This document shows, piece after piece, positions 1-8,640 of a stretch of 19,355 nucleotides of DNA. Source of the DNA: an uncultured Thermococci archaeon (GTDB taxonomy: Archaea; Methanobacteriota_B; Thermococci; Thermococcales; Thermococcaceae); NCBI GenBank assembly GCA_964615185.1, contig CAZTOS010000046.1, forward strand, positions 1 through 19,355. Direction: 5' to 3'. Under the pieces are notes generated by a model. That model was not told where the DNA came from, ran no database searches, and saw only the letters and a list, made by a program, of their open reading frames with translations. The position numbers and the translations under genes are program-made. How positions within the stretch are numbered: position 1 is the first letter of the stretch; every line of letters starts with the position of its first letter.

Positions 1-64
1 ACTGGTCTTTAGTTTCATTTTTTCTCTTTAATTTTGGTAGATAGCTAAAGAAGAGGTGTTATGA

Positions 65-1234
65 ATGGCATTAAGCGACAAATTAGAGTTAGTTAGAGTT
101 TCAGAAATTAGGAGGCTTTTTGATCTTGCTCAAGGAATTGAGGGTATAATATCACTTGGAATTGGAGAACCGGACTTTGACACACCAGAGCATATAAAAG
201 AATACGCAAAGGAGGCCCTGGATAAGGGGCTAACGCATTATGGCCCTAATGCCGGGATTAAGGAGCTTAGGGAAGCCGTTGCAGAAAAGTTGAAAAAAGA
301 CAATGGTATTGATGCAGATCCAAAAACTCAAATAATGATAACGGTTGGGGGGAATCAAGGTCTTTTAATGGGTTTTGCGACATTTTTAAAGGATGATGAG
401 GAGGTTCTCATTCCCTCTCCAGCGTTTGTTAGCTATGCTTCAGCTGTTATTCTAGCTGGAGGAAAACCTGTTGAAGTGCCCACATATGAAGAGAACGAAT
501 TCCGCTTAACCGTTGACGAGCTTGAAAAATATGTCACCTCAAAAACAAGGGCTTTAATCATAAACAGCCCGAATAATCCTACTGGAGCTGTTTTGACTAA
601 AAAAGATCTTGAAGAGATTGCGGATTTTGCTGTGGAGCATGATCTAATGATTTTAAGCGACGAAGTTTACGAGTATTTTGTCTATGATGGCGTCAAAAAC
701 TACAGTATTGCCTCCCTTGATGGAATGTTTGAGAGGACAATAATCATAAACAGTTTTTCAAAGACTTTTGCAATGACTGGATGGCGTTTGGGGTTTGTTG
801 TGGCGCCGAAGTGGGTAATTGAGAGGATGACTCGCTTTCAAATGTACAATGTCACGTGCCCTGTAACGTTTGTTCAGTATGCGGCGGCTAAGGCCTTAAG
901 AGACGAAAGGAGTTGGAAGGCAGTTGAGGAAATGCGTAAGGAATATGATCGGAGGAGGAATCTTGTTTGGAAGCGCTTGAATGAGATGGGGTTGCCGACT
1001 ATTAAGCCCAAAGGAGCGTTTTACATCTTTCCAAGGATCAAAGACACGGGTTTAACAAGCAAAGAATTCAGCGAGTTAATGATTAGAGAGGCAAAAGTTG
1101 TTATGGTTCCCGGAAGTGCCTTCGGAAAGGCTGGAGAGGGCTATATGAGGATAAGCTATGCAACAGCTTACGAAAAGCTTGAAGAAGCAATGGATAGAAT
1201 AGAAAAAGTGCTAAAAGAAAAGAATCTCGTTTAA
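65..1234 (+). CDS. Aromatic amino acid aminotransferase (class I/II PLP-dependent)
   Basis: 389 aa. Motifs GIGEPDF, NSPNNPTG, SDEVY and SFSKTFAMTGWRLG (PLP lysine). Closely resembles the Pyrococcus aromatic aminotransferase. SD GAGGTG at 53-58. Confidence 0.92.
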   Translation: MALSDKLELVRVSEIRRLFDLAQGIEGIISLGIGEPDFDTPEHIKEYAKEALDKGLTHYGPNAGIKELREAVAEKLKKDNGIDADPKTQIMITVGGNQGLLMGFATFLKDDEEVLIPSPAFVSYASAVILAGGKPVEVPTYEENEFRLTVDELEKYVTSKTRALIINSPNNPTGAVLTKKDLEEIADFAVEHDLMILSDEVYEYFVYDGVKNYSIASLDGMFERTIIINSFSKTFAMTGWRLGFVVAPKWVIERMTRFQMYNVTCPVTFVQYAAAKALRDERSWKAVEEMRKEYDRRRNLVWKRLNEMGLPTIKPKGAFYIFPRIKDTGLTSKEFSELMIREAKVVMVPGSAFGKAGEGYMRISYATAYEKLEEAMDRIEKVLKEKNLV

Positions 1235-1245
1235 GCTTTCTGGGG

Positions 1246-1860
1246 GTGGTATTGGTGTCTAAAAGTAAGATTGGGGAAAATCTGGAGGAAATAAGGCTCC
1301 ATGGGCGGGGTGGTCAAGGAGTTGTCTTGTGTTCAGAGTTAATTGCCCGAGCTGCATTATATGATGGTAATTTTGCTAGAAGTTTTCCATGGTTTGGAAT
1401 AGCCCGGCGTGGAGCTCCCGTCACAGCATTCGTAGTCATAGGTGAAGGGGATAAAATTACACGAAGCATAGTTTATAATCCCAAATATGTTGTGGTGCTT
1501 GATCCGCACCTTCATAGGGTAATGCCCGAGGTTACTAATAACATCAGAGAGGGAGGTGTGTACATACAGAACTCCACTAAGGCTCCTGCTGAGCTCTTAA
1601 AAGAGCTAAAATTATGTGCTAAGCTAAGGACTATTGCCACAGTAGATGCTACGGGACTAGCCCTGAAGTACATGGGTGCTCCCATTCCTAACATAGCTAT
1701 GCTGGGTGCTTTTGCCAAGGTGACAAATCTCATAACGTTTGATTCTGCTATGAAGGCTATTAAAACCAGATTTTCTGAGAATGTTTGGGAAAAGTACCTA
1801 AAATGCTTTGAAGCCGGATATAAAAAGGTGTATATTGAGGTGTTAGAAAATGAAGAATGA
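1246..1860 (+). CDS. 2-oxoacid:ferredoxin oxidoreductase gamma subunit
   Basis: Motifs EIRLHGRGGQG, FPWFG-RRGAP and PNIAMLGA. The true start may be 1252 or 1255. Confidence 0.92.
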   Translation: MVLVSKSKIGENLEEIRLHGRGGQGVVLCSELIARAALYDGNFARSFPWFGIARRGAPVTAFVVIGEGDKITRSIVYNPKYVVVLDPHLHRVMPEVTNNIREGGVYIQNSTKAPAELLKELKLCAKLRTIATVDATGLALKYMGAPIPNIAMLGAFAKVTNLITFDSAMKAIKTRFSENVWEKYLKCFEAGYKKVYIEVLENEE

Positions 1861-2116
1861 AGAAGGGTATCCTGAAATTCCTGTAATTCCGGTAGGAGAA
1901 ATTGGATCCGAACCAGTGGCTCATTGGAGAGTTATGAAACCTGTTGTCAAGTATGAGATCTGCAAGAAGTGTTGGGTGTGTGTACAGTACTGTCCCGAAG
2001 GAGTGATTAAAGAATCGGAAAGTGGCTCCATAATAGACTACAGGTTCTGTAAGGGTTGTGGTATCTGTGCTAATGAATGTCCCGTAAAAGCAATCGTGAT
2101 GGTTAGGGAGGTGTGA
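1850..2116 (+). CDS. 2-oxoacid:ferredoxin oxidoreductase delta subunit (2x[4Fe-4S])
   Basis: WRVMKPVV, CKKCWVCVQYCP and CKGCGICANECP ferredoxin motifs. Overlaps the gamma gene. Confidence 0.93.
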   Translation: MKNEEGYPEIPVIPVGEIGSEPVAHWRVMKPVVKYEICKKCWVCVQYCPEGVIKESESGSIIDYRFCKGCGICANECPVKAIVMVREV

Positions 2117-2122
2117 GGTATA

Positions 2123-4225
2123 ATGGGAAAGCTTGAATTACTTTCAGGTAATAAAGCAGTAGCATATGGTGCTAAACTCTCCAGGGTGCAAGTGGTTTCA
2201 GCATATCCAATAACACCTCAAACGCCCATAGTTGAATATATAGCCGAATTCATTGCCAATGGCGAGTTAGATGCTGAGTACATACATCCCGAAGGAGAAC
2301 ACTCGGCAATAGCTGCAGCGCTTGGTGCCGCAATAGGGGGCGCAAGAGCTTTTACGGCAACATGCTCTCAAGGATTGGGTTATAGTTTTGAAGTCATAGC
2401 CCAAGCACCTGCGTACAGAGCACCACTCGTGATGGCTATTGCCAATAGAACATTAGGATGGTATTGGAGCGTAGCCAGCGATTACTCAGACACGATGACC
2501 ACGAGAGACCTTGGATGGATTCAATTCTATGCTGAGAGCTGTCAAGAGTGCCTCGATGGCGTGATTCAGATGTATAAGATTGCTGAAGATGAAAGAGTTT
2601 TGTTGCCGGGCATGGTGTGCTTAGATGGCTTCCACCTTTCACATTCTTCAGAACCTGTTAACATACCAGATCAGCAAGAAGTGGATGACTACCTACCTCC
2701 GAGGCAGATATACGAACATACGACTGACCCAACAGAGTCTGAAGGTTACATACTTCCCTCATTGCCCGTGCATTTGCACACTACATATAGAAAGATATTT
2801 GAAGACGTCATGCAAAGAGCTAAGGAGGTCATCTATGAAGCTACCAAAGAGTTTAGTGAAAGGTTTGGAAGAGATACCTACGGGCTTGTAGAGGAGTACC
2901 ACACCGATGGTGCAGAGTTGTTGCTTGTTACAATGGGGTCCATGTCAACAGCAGCTAAAAGAGCCATTGATAGACTGCGTGGCGAAGGAGTTAAAGTGGG
3001 ATTGCTAAGGGTGAGGTTCTTTAGACCCTTCCCTTCTAAGGAGCTACTTGAAGTGGTTAAGAGTAATGACGTTAAAGCCGTAGGGGTTGTTAATAGGGCG
3101 ATAAGTCACGGAACTTCGATGGATCCTTTAGGTATTGAGACTACTGCAACCTTATATGAACTCAAGAATAGACCCAATATAATCAATTTCATAGCCGGAA
3201 TGGGCGGAGGTGATGTTTCAATAAGGGACTTTGAGAGCATGGTGAACAGGCTAACAAATACGCTGAACAAGGAGAACGTGAGGGAGACTGTATATGTGGA
3301 ACGTCCTATAAAAATAAGCAAGCCATCAGTAACATTTAAGGACGTTACATATTGCCCTGGATCCCAGCTTTGCTCTGGTTGTGGTGCCGCTTTAGCTATG
3401 AGACATATACTCAGGATCTTGGGTAAGAACTCGGTGTTAGTGTTCCCTCCAAACTGCGTTTCAGCTTCTTTGGCAATGCACTTCCCCAGCAGTTGGATTG
3501 GTGTTCCCTGTGTCCTAGCTAATTATGCAGCTGCTGCAGCGTATGCGAGGGGTCTTAAAAGAGCATACAAATATAGAGGTAAGAAAGTTTGCGTTACAGT
3601 TATAGCTGGGGACGGCTGTACTGCTGACATAGGACTGCAATCTCTATCTTCAGCTGCCGAGAGCAATGAGCCAATAATATGGATCAACTACGACAACGAG
3701 GCCTATATGAACACAGGCATTCAGAGAAGCGGTACCACTCCATTAAAGGCCTGGACAACAACAACACCTAGTGGAGTTAGGTGGCACGGCAAGAAAGAGC
3801 TTCCTAAGGACCTGATATCGATTATGATGGCTCATAGAACACCGTATATAGCAACAGCGTCTCTGGCATTCATACAGGATTTTGAAACTAAGCTGAAAAA
3901 GGCTATGGAGGTTGTAAAGAAGGGCGAGGGGCTGGCATACATCCACATACAAACCCCATGTCCAACGGGCTGGAGGTTCTCTGAAAGCAAGACTGTTGAA
4001 ATAGCTAAGTTAGCAGTGCTGAGTGGCATGTGGCCTCTTCTCGAAGTGGACCATGGAATCTTTAAGTTAACTCTCAAGCCGTCTAAGTTAAGACCAGTTG
4101 CCGAGTATATTAAGTTGCAGGGGAGGTTTAGGCACTTAACTGATGAAGATGTTGCTGAAATCCAGGAGTTCATTGACAAACGCTGGAAGAGGTTGCTTGA
4201 GTTAGATGGTAAAACCATATGGTGA
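2123..4225 (+). CDS. 2-oxoacid:ferredoxin oxidoreductase, fused alpha+beta subunit
   Basis: The N-terminal ~395 aa is alpha (SGNKAVA, AYPITPQT, EGEHSA, ATCSQGL, RFFRPFP). The C-terminal ~300 aa is beta (CSGCG, TPP motif GDG...YDNEAYMNTGIQRS, PCPTGW, QGRFRHL). Single uninterrupted ORF. Confidence 0.92.
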   Translation: MGKLELLSGNKAVAYGAKLSRVQVVSAYPITPQTPIVEYIAEFIANGELDAEYIHPEGEHSAIAAALGAAIGGARAFTATCSQGLGYSFEVIAQAPAYRAPLVMAIANRTLGWYWSVASDYSDTMTTRDLGWIQFYAESCQECLDGVIQMYKIAEDERVLLPGMVCLDGFHLSHSSEPVNIPDQQEVDDYLPPRQIYEHTTDPTESEGYILPSLPVHLHTTYRKIFEDVMQRAKEVIYEATKEFSERFGRDTYGLVEEYHTDGAELLLVTMGSMSTAAKRAIDRLRGEGVKVGLLRVRFFRPFPSKELLEVVKSNDVKAVGVVNRAISHGTSMDPLGIETTATLYELKNRPNIINFIAGMGGGDVSIRDFESMVNRLTNTLNKENVRETVYVERPIKISKPSVTFKDVTYCPGSQLCSGCGAALAMRHILRILGKNSVLVFPPNCVSASLAMHFPSSWIGVPCVLANYAAAAAYARGLKRAYKYRGKKVCVTVIAGDGCTADIGLQSLSSAAESNEPIIWINYDNEAYMNTGIQRSGTTPLKAWTTTTPSGVRWHGKKELPKDLISIMMAHRTPYIATASLAFIQDFETKLKKAMEVVKKGEGLAYIHIQTPCPTGWRFSESKTVEIAKLAVLSGMWPLLEVDHGIFKLTLKPSKLRPVAEYIKLQGRFRHLTDEDVAEIQEFIDKRWKRLLELDGKTIW

Positions 4226-4251
4226 CATATTAGGTCTTTGGAGGGCCGATT

Positions 4252-5679
4252 ATGGCCGAGTTTAATGTGGATAGCTTAAGATATTTGTTTGAGCCTAATA
4301 GCGTTGCGGTTATTGGAGCCAGCAGAGATCCAAAGGCATGGGGACATGTAATCCTAAAGAATATCATTAGTTACGGTTTTGAAGGGAAAGTGTATCCGAT
4401 AAACCCTAGAGCAGATTCTTTGCTCGGATTAAAGTGCTATCCAGATATTAGAACAGTGCCTAATGATGTGGACTTAGCCATCATTGCTGTACCAGCAAAG
4501 ATAGTTCCAAGTGTCATGGAGGCGTGTGTGGAGAAAGGGGTTAAGGTAGCGGTTGTGATTACTGCAGGATTTAGTGAAATAGGTCCAGAGGGAGAGAAGC
4601 TCGAAAAGGAAGTTGTCAAAATCGCGAGGAGAGGGGGCATTAGAATTGTAGGTCCTAACTGCATGGGGATATTTGTGGCAAAAAGCAAACTTAACGCAGC
4701 ATTTACGGCAATAGCGCCCAAACCCGGAAAGATAGCATTTATCTCACAGTCAGGTGCTTTTGCAGGCACTATGTTATACTGGGCAACTATGAGGGATATA
4801 GGATTCAGTGCAGCAATATCAGTGGGCAATCAAGCCGATTTGGAATTGAGCGACTATTTAATGTACCTAGCTGATGATGAAACGACCAAAGTTACCATAG
4901 CATATATTGAGGGGGTTAAGGATGGCAGAAAATTCATGAAGGCATTAGAGTATTACACGGCAAAGAAACCATTGGTGGTCATGAAGCTGGGGCGCACCTC
5001 AAGCGGTGCCAAGGCGGCATCATCGCACACTGCAGCCATGGTGGGAAGAGATGAGCTCTATGATGTGGTGTTCAAGAAATATGGAGTTATCCGGGTTTAT
5101 GAATTTGATGATATGTTTAACGTAGCTCGAGCATTTGCAAACCTTCCGCTGCCAAAGGGCAATAGAGTGGGGGTTGTATCCGCTGGAGGGGGATGGTGTG
5201 TGGAGGCTTCTGATGCTCTTGAAAGCTTGGGGCTTAAGCTCCCTCCTTTACCAGAGCATGTGATAAGGAAGATGGATGAAATTCTCCCTCCCTTCTGGAA
5301 CAGAAGAAACCCTATGGATCTCGTGGCTACTATAGATCCAGAACCTTTTAAAATTGCCACAGAACTTTTGATGAAAGAGGATCGTTTTGACATATTAATG
5401 CTTATAGGTTACGGAAACTTTGGTAGAATATCCAACTTGCCGTTCATTATACCTAAGGAAGATGCAGTAGCCAAGGAAATAGCTGACCTTGTTAAGAAAT
5501 ATAAAAAACCCCTCGTTGCTGTCAACGTATTTGGCAAGGAGTTTAGCAATGTCAAGGTTTTTGAGGAAAACGGTGTTCCGGTATACCTGTCCATCGAGAA
5601 GGCCGCAAAGGTCGTGAAGGCTTTAGCTGACTATGCACACTACTTGAAATCACTGGAGGAAAGGAAACAAAGCCAGTAG
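4252..5679 (+). CDS. ADP-forming acyl-CoA synthetase alpha subunit (CoA-binding)
   Basis: Motifs PNSVAVIGAS, GPNCMG, FISQSGA, SVGNQAD, phospho-His motif SSHTA and NPMDL. No beta subunit is adjacent. Confidence 0.92.
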   Translation: MAEFNVDSLRYLFEPNSVAVIGASRDPKAWGHVILKNIISYGFEGKVYPINPRADSLLGLKCYPDIRTVPNDVDLAIIAVPAKIVPSVMEACVEKGVKVAVVITAGFSEIGPEGEKLEKEVVKIARRGGIRIVGPNCMGIFVAKSKLNAAFTAIAPKPGKIAFISQSGAFAGTMLYWATMRDIGFSAAISVGNQADLELSDYLMYLADDETTKVTIAYIEGVKDGRKFMKALEYYTAKKPLVVMKLGRTSSGAKAASSHTAAMVGRDELYDVVFKKYGVIRVYEFDDMFNVARAFANLPLPKGNRVGVVSAGGGWCVEASDALESLGLKLPPLPEHVIRKMDEILPPFWNRRNPMDLVATIDPEPFKIATELLMKEDRFDILMLIGYGNFGRISNLPFIIPKEDAVAKEIADLVKKYKKPLVAVNVFGKEFSNVKVFEENGVPVYLSIEKAAKVVKALADYAHYLKSLEERKQSQ

Positions 5680-5709
5680 TTGACACTTTCTCTATCCGGG
5701 GTTATGGAA

Positions 5710-6774
5710 ATGAGCTTTAAAAGAAAACTTAGAAAAAGTCTCTTTGAATTTGAGAAAGAGAGCTATGTCAGAGAGAGTATTTCCAGGAATCTCCTAGATT
5801 GCTCTCTTGGTACAAATCCCTTTGGATTTCCTGAAGAAATCTTAAAAGAAGTAGAGCTGGAGAGCTTTGATCTCTCAAAGTATCCCTCTCCATATAATGA
5901 TCTCTTAAGGGAAAGCCTTGTTAAGCATTGGGAGAGAGCTTTCAAGAAGGATGAGGTATTCATTGGAACAGGCTCTATGGGCTGTTTGGAGAAGATAAAC
6001 AAGTTTGCAATATCTGAAGGCTCTCGCGTGCTGGGCTACGTTCCGCAGTTCCAAGATTACATAACCGAAGTTAAGCTTATGGGTGGAATCTACGAATATG
6101 TGGCACTTAAAGAGGAGAAAGACTTCGAATTCATTCCAGAGCAGCTTATGGAAAAGATAACAGAGAAACACGTACTTGTTTACATAGACAACCCGAACAA
6201 TCCTACTGGCCAAGTGATTCCACTGGACATTATTGAGGAGATAGTAAGGAAAGCCGCAAGCAAAGATGTTATCGTGCTCGTTGATGAAGCCTATGGAGAC
6301 TTTATGGATAAAGAAAACTCTGCAATAAATCTAGACTATCGAAACCTCATAGTCGTGAGGTCGTTCTCGAAAGGTTTTGGTCTGGCAAACCTCAGAGTAG
6401 GCTATGTTGTAATAAAGGGCAAAGAGCTCAGAGAGTTGTACTCTAAGGTAAATCTACCATTTCAAGTTAGCAGCCTAGCCGAAAGAATGGCAGTAAAAGC
6501 TCTGGAGCACCCAGAGTTTCTTAAAGAGAGTATAAGGAAAATCTCAGAGGAAAAGAAAGAGATAGTAAATCACTTGAAGAAAGCAGGCTTTAAAGTTGCC
6601 AAAACTGAGATGAGTGTCCCAATTTTTTTCGCTGGCAAAAGGGACCTTGATACTCACAGCTACTTACTCCAGAAGGGGATTTTAGCTGTGAATGGAGCAT
6701 ACTTCGGAGTTAATTCTTCATACGTCAGAATAAGAATTCCAGAGAAAGCGGAGGTGTTCATAAAACGGGTATAA
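5710..6774 (+). CDS. HisC-like class I/II PLP-dependent aminotransferase (substrate uncertain)
   Basis: Motifs DNPNNPTG, VDEAYGDF and RSFSKGFGLANLRVG. ATG 5704 or 5710 is more likely than TTG 5680. Confidence 0.8.
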   Translation: MSFKRKLRKSLFEFEKESYVRESISRNLLDCSLGTNPFGFPEEILKEVELESFDLSKYPSPYNDLLRESLVKHWERAFKKDEVFIGTGSMGCLEKINKFAISEGSRVLGYVPQFQDYITEVKLMGGIYEYVALKEEKDFEFIPEQLMEKITEKHVLVYIDNPNNPTGQVIPLDIIEEIVRKAASKDVIVLVDEAYGDFMDKENSAINLDYRNLIVVRSFSKGFGLANLRVGYVVIKGKELRELYSKVNLPFQVSSLAERMAVKALEHPEFLKESIRKISEEKKEIVNHLKKAGFKVAKTEMSVPIFFAGKRDLDTHSYLLQKGILAVNGAYFGVNSSYVRIRIPEKAEVFIKRV

Positions 6775-6815
6775 AATCAAATGTAATTAAGCAATACAAC
6801 TGAATAAAAATATGA

Positions 6816-6926
6816 AGGGAATATATAACGCTCTTGAAACTAAAACCCGATGTCTTACTTCCTGGCCATGGGGCTTTTATACTTTCAGATACTACCTCCA
6901 TTAAGATTACTCTTAAACAAGCTTGA
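6816..6926 (+). pseudogene. Remnant of a metallo-beta-lactamase-fold hydrolase C-terminus
   Basis: A short frame bounded by stops reads REYITLLKLKPDVLLPGHGAFIL. The L..L.PD.LLPGHG pattern is the typical MBL-fold C-terminal motif. Confidence 0.45.
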
Positions 6927-6944
6927 TGTACCTTGGACTTATGT

Positions 6945-7895
6945 TTATTTTTTGTTTAATCTAGATAAATGTTCCCATCCCAGAACTGGCATTCTCTCGA
7001 GCTTTCCATTCCTCCTTAAATAAACCCCCTCTCCCTTTTCAACCCTTCCAATCACTGTGAAATCAAAGTCAAGCTTATCCAAGTGCTCCTCAGGAATTGT
7101 AAAGATGAGCTCAAACTCTTCTCCAGACGCTAAGGCAATCTCAATTGGATCTAATCTCAAAATCTCAGCCACTTCAAAAACTTCTTCCCTTATAGGGAGC
7201 TTTTCTGAATCAACTAAAATTTTAACGCCGCTCATCTCCGCTATCAGGTGTAATTCCTTACTCATGCCGTCGCTTATGTCTATAGCGGAGTTTGCGTATT
7301 TACTTAGCGTAATTCCCTCATTAATCCTGGCTTTTGGCTCGAGGAGCCTCTCATATAGTGTTTTCCTCGTTCTCTTCTCAATATCAAGATTTTCAAAATA
7401 CACCTTAAGTCCAGCTAAAGCTCTTCCAACATCTCCAGTAACACAGACCAAATCGCCAGGTTTTGCATTGCTTCTAAGCAAAAGTCTCTTTGTTTTCCCC
7501 AGTGCAATCCCATCGATTATCAAGTCACAGGCTTCATTCGTATCAGCGCTTATTATGGGGATTTTATAAAATTCAGATGCCCTTGCAATTCCTTTTGCAA
7601 TTCCTTCCAAGTATTCCATGTCAAAATTCCTTGGAATGCCGAGGGAAAATAAAAACCCTATTGGTTTGGCTCCCATGGCAGCTAAATCGCTCACGTTCAT
7701 TGTCACAGCTTTAAATCCAACTTGTTCTGGAGTCATTATTTCAGGAACATCCGTTGTTTTAACAAGCATATCATTTGTAGCAACCAGCCACTCTCCACCA
7801 AATTTTAATGCTCCGGCATCATCTCCTAACGGCAAATCTCCCTGAAGCCTGAGATGCTTCATGAAGACTTTTATTATTTCTCGCTCCATACTCAT
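6945..7895 (-). CDS. thiL: Thiamine-monophosphate kinase
   Basis: Motifs GDDA, NVSDLAAMG, AIDISDG, GEEFEL and C-terminal GWEH. Confidence 0.95.
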   Translation of the reverse strand: MSMEREIIKVFMKHLRLQGDLPLGDDAGALKFGGEWLVATNDMLVKTTDVPEIMTPEQVGFKAVTMNVSDLAAMGAKPIGFLFSLGIPRNFDMEYLEGIAKGIARASEFYKIPIISADTNEACDLIIDGIALGKTKRLLLRSNAKPGDLVCVTGDVGRALAGLKVYFENLDIEKRTRKTLYERLLEPKARINEGITLSKYANSAIDISDGMSKELHLIAEMSGVKILVDSEKLPIREEVFEVAEILRLDPIEIALASGEEFELIFTIPEEHLDKLDFDFTVIGRVEKGEGVYLRRNGKLERMPVLGWEHLSRLNKK

Positions 7896-7977
7896 CAGTC
7901 AAATATGACGGACAATTGTTTATTAGAGTTGCCCAAACACATCCCCGACGATTATCGAAGAGACTTCCAGCAAATGC

Positions 7978-7991
7978 GGAAAATTTATAAA
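7978..7991 (+). promoter_or_regulatory. BRE/TATA promoter for the dolichol-kinase-like gene
   Basis: Purine-rich GGAAAA followed by TTTATAAA (7984-7991), upstream of ATG 8038. Confidence 0.55.
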
Positions 7992-8037
7992 CAACTGTTG
8001 AAAAATATCCAATAATTCAGAGATATTTGAAGGGAAT

Positions 8038-8638
8038 ATGATGCTGAAATATCTGGCAATAGGTGTCATGTTTCCCGTACTGGCAATTCTGTTTACGAAG
8101 TATCTCGGAGAAGAATACGCTTGGGTAAATAGAAAAATAATCCACTTCAGCAGTGTTCCTGCAATATTGTTCTTTAGAGAAGGATTAGTAACCGGAAAGG
8201 AGCTTGCCGCAGTGGTTTGCAGTTGGACAGCTATTAACTCATCTCATGAACAAAGAACTATCATGGTATCAGATAAAAGACAACTATGGGGAAGTGTTTT
8301 ACTGTATAATGTTCTCAGCCATGGCACTCTTCATGGATGTTAACTATGCGTCAGCAATAATGCTTGTAATGGCGGTAAGCGATGGAATAACTGGTGTTCT
8401 GAGGTTCTATTACTTCAGAAAGAATGGCTTTAACGTCAAGCTCAGAAAGCATTGGATAGGGAGTGTTGGCTGCATCGTAAGTGCAGTCATAATAGCCTTC
8501 CTAATTCTACCACAGTTAAACATCTTAATGAAAGTCGCATGGTCCGTAATTTTAATGCTTGCAGAATACCAAAAAGTAATTGATGACAATGTAGCTGTGC
8601 CAGTAGCCGCTGTCCTGATAAAACCACTTTTCTTGTGA
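8038..8638 (+). pseudogene. Frameshifted dolichol/phytol kinase-like (CTP-transferase family) membrane protein
   Basis: The N-half (8038 frame) has RKIIH. The C-half (8204 frame) has NYGEVFY, MAVSDGITG, KHWIGS and DDNVAVP. The frames switch near 8210-8220. Could be a real lesion or a sequencing error. Confidence 0.75.
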
Positions 8639-8640
8639 TT

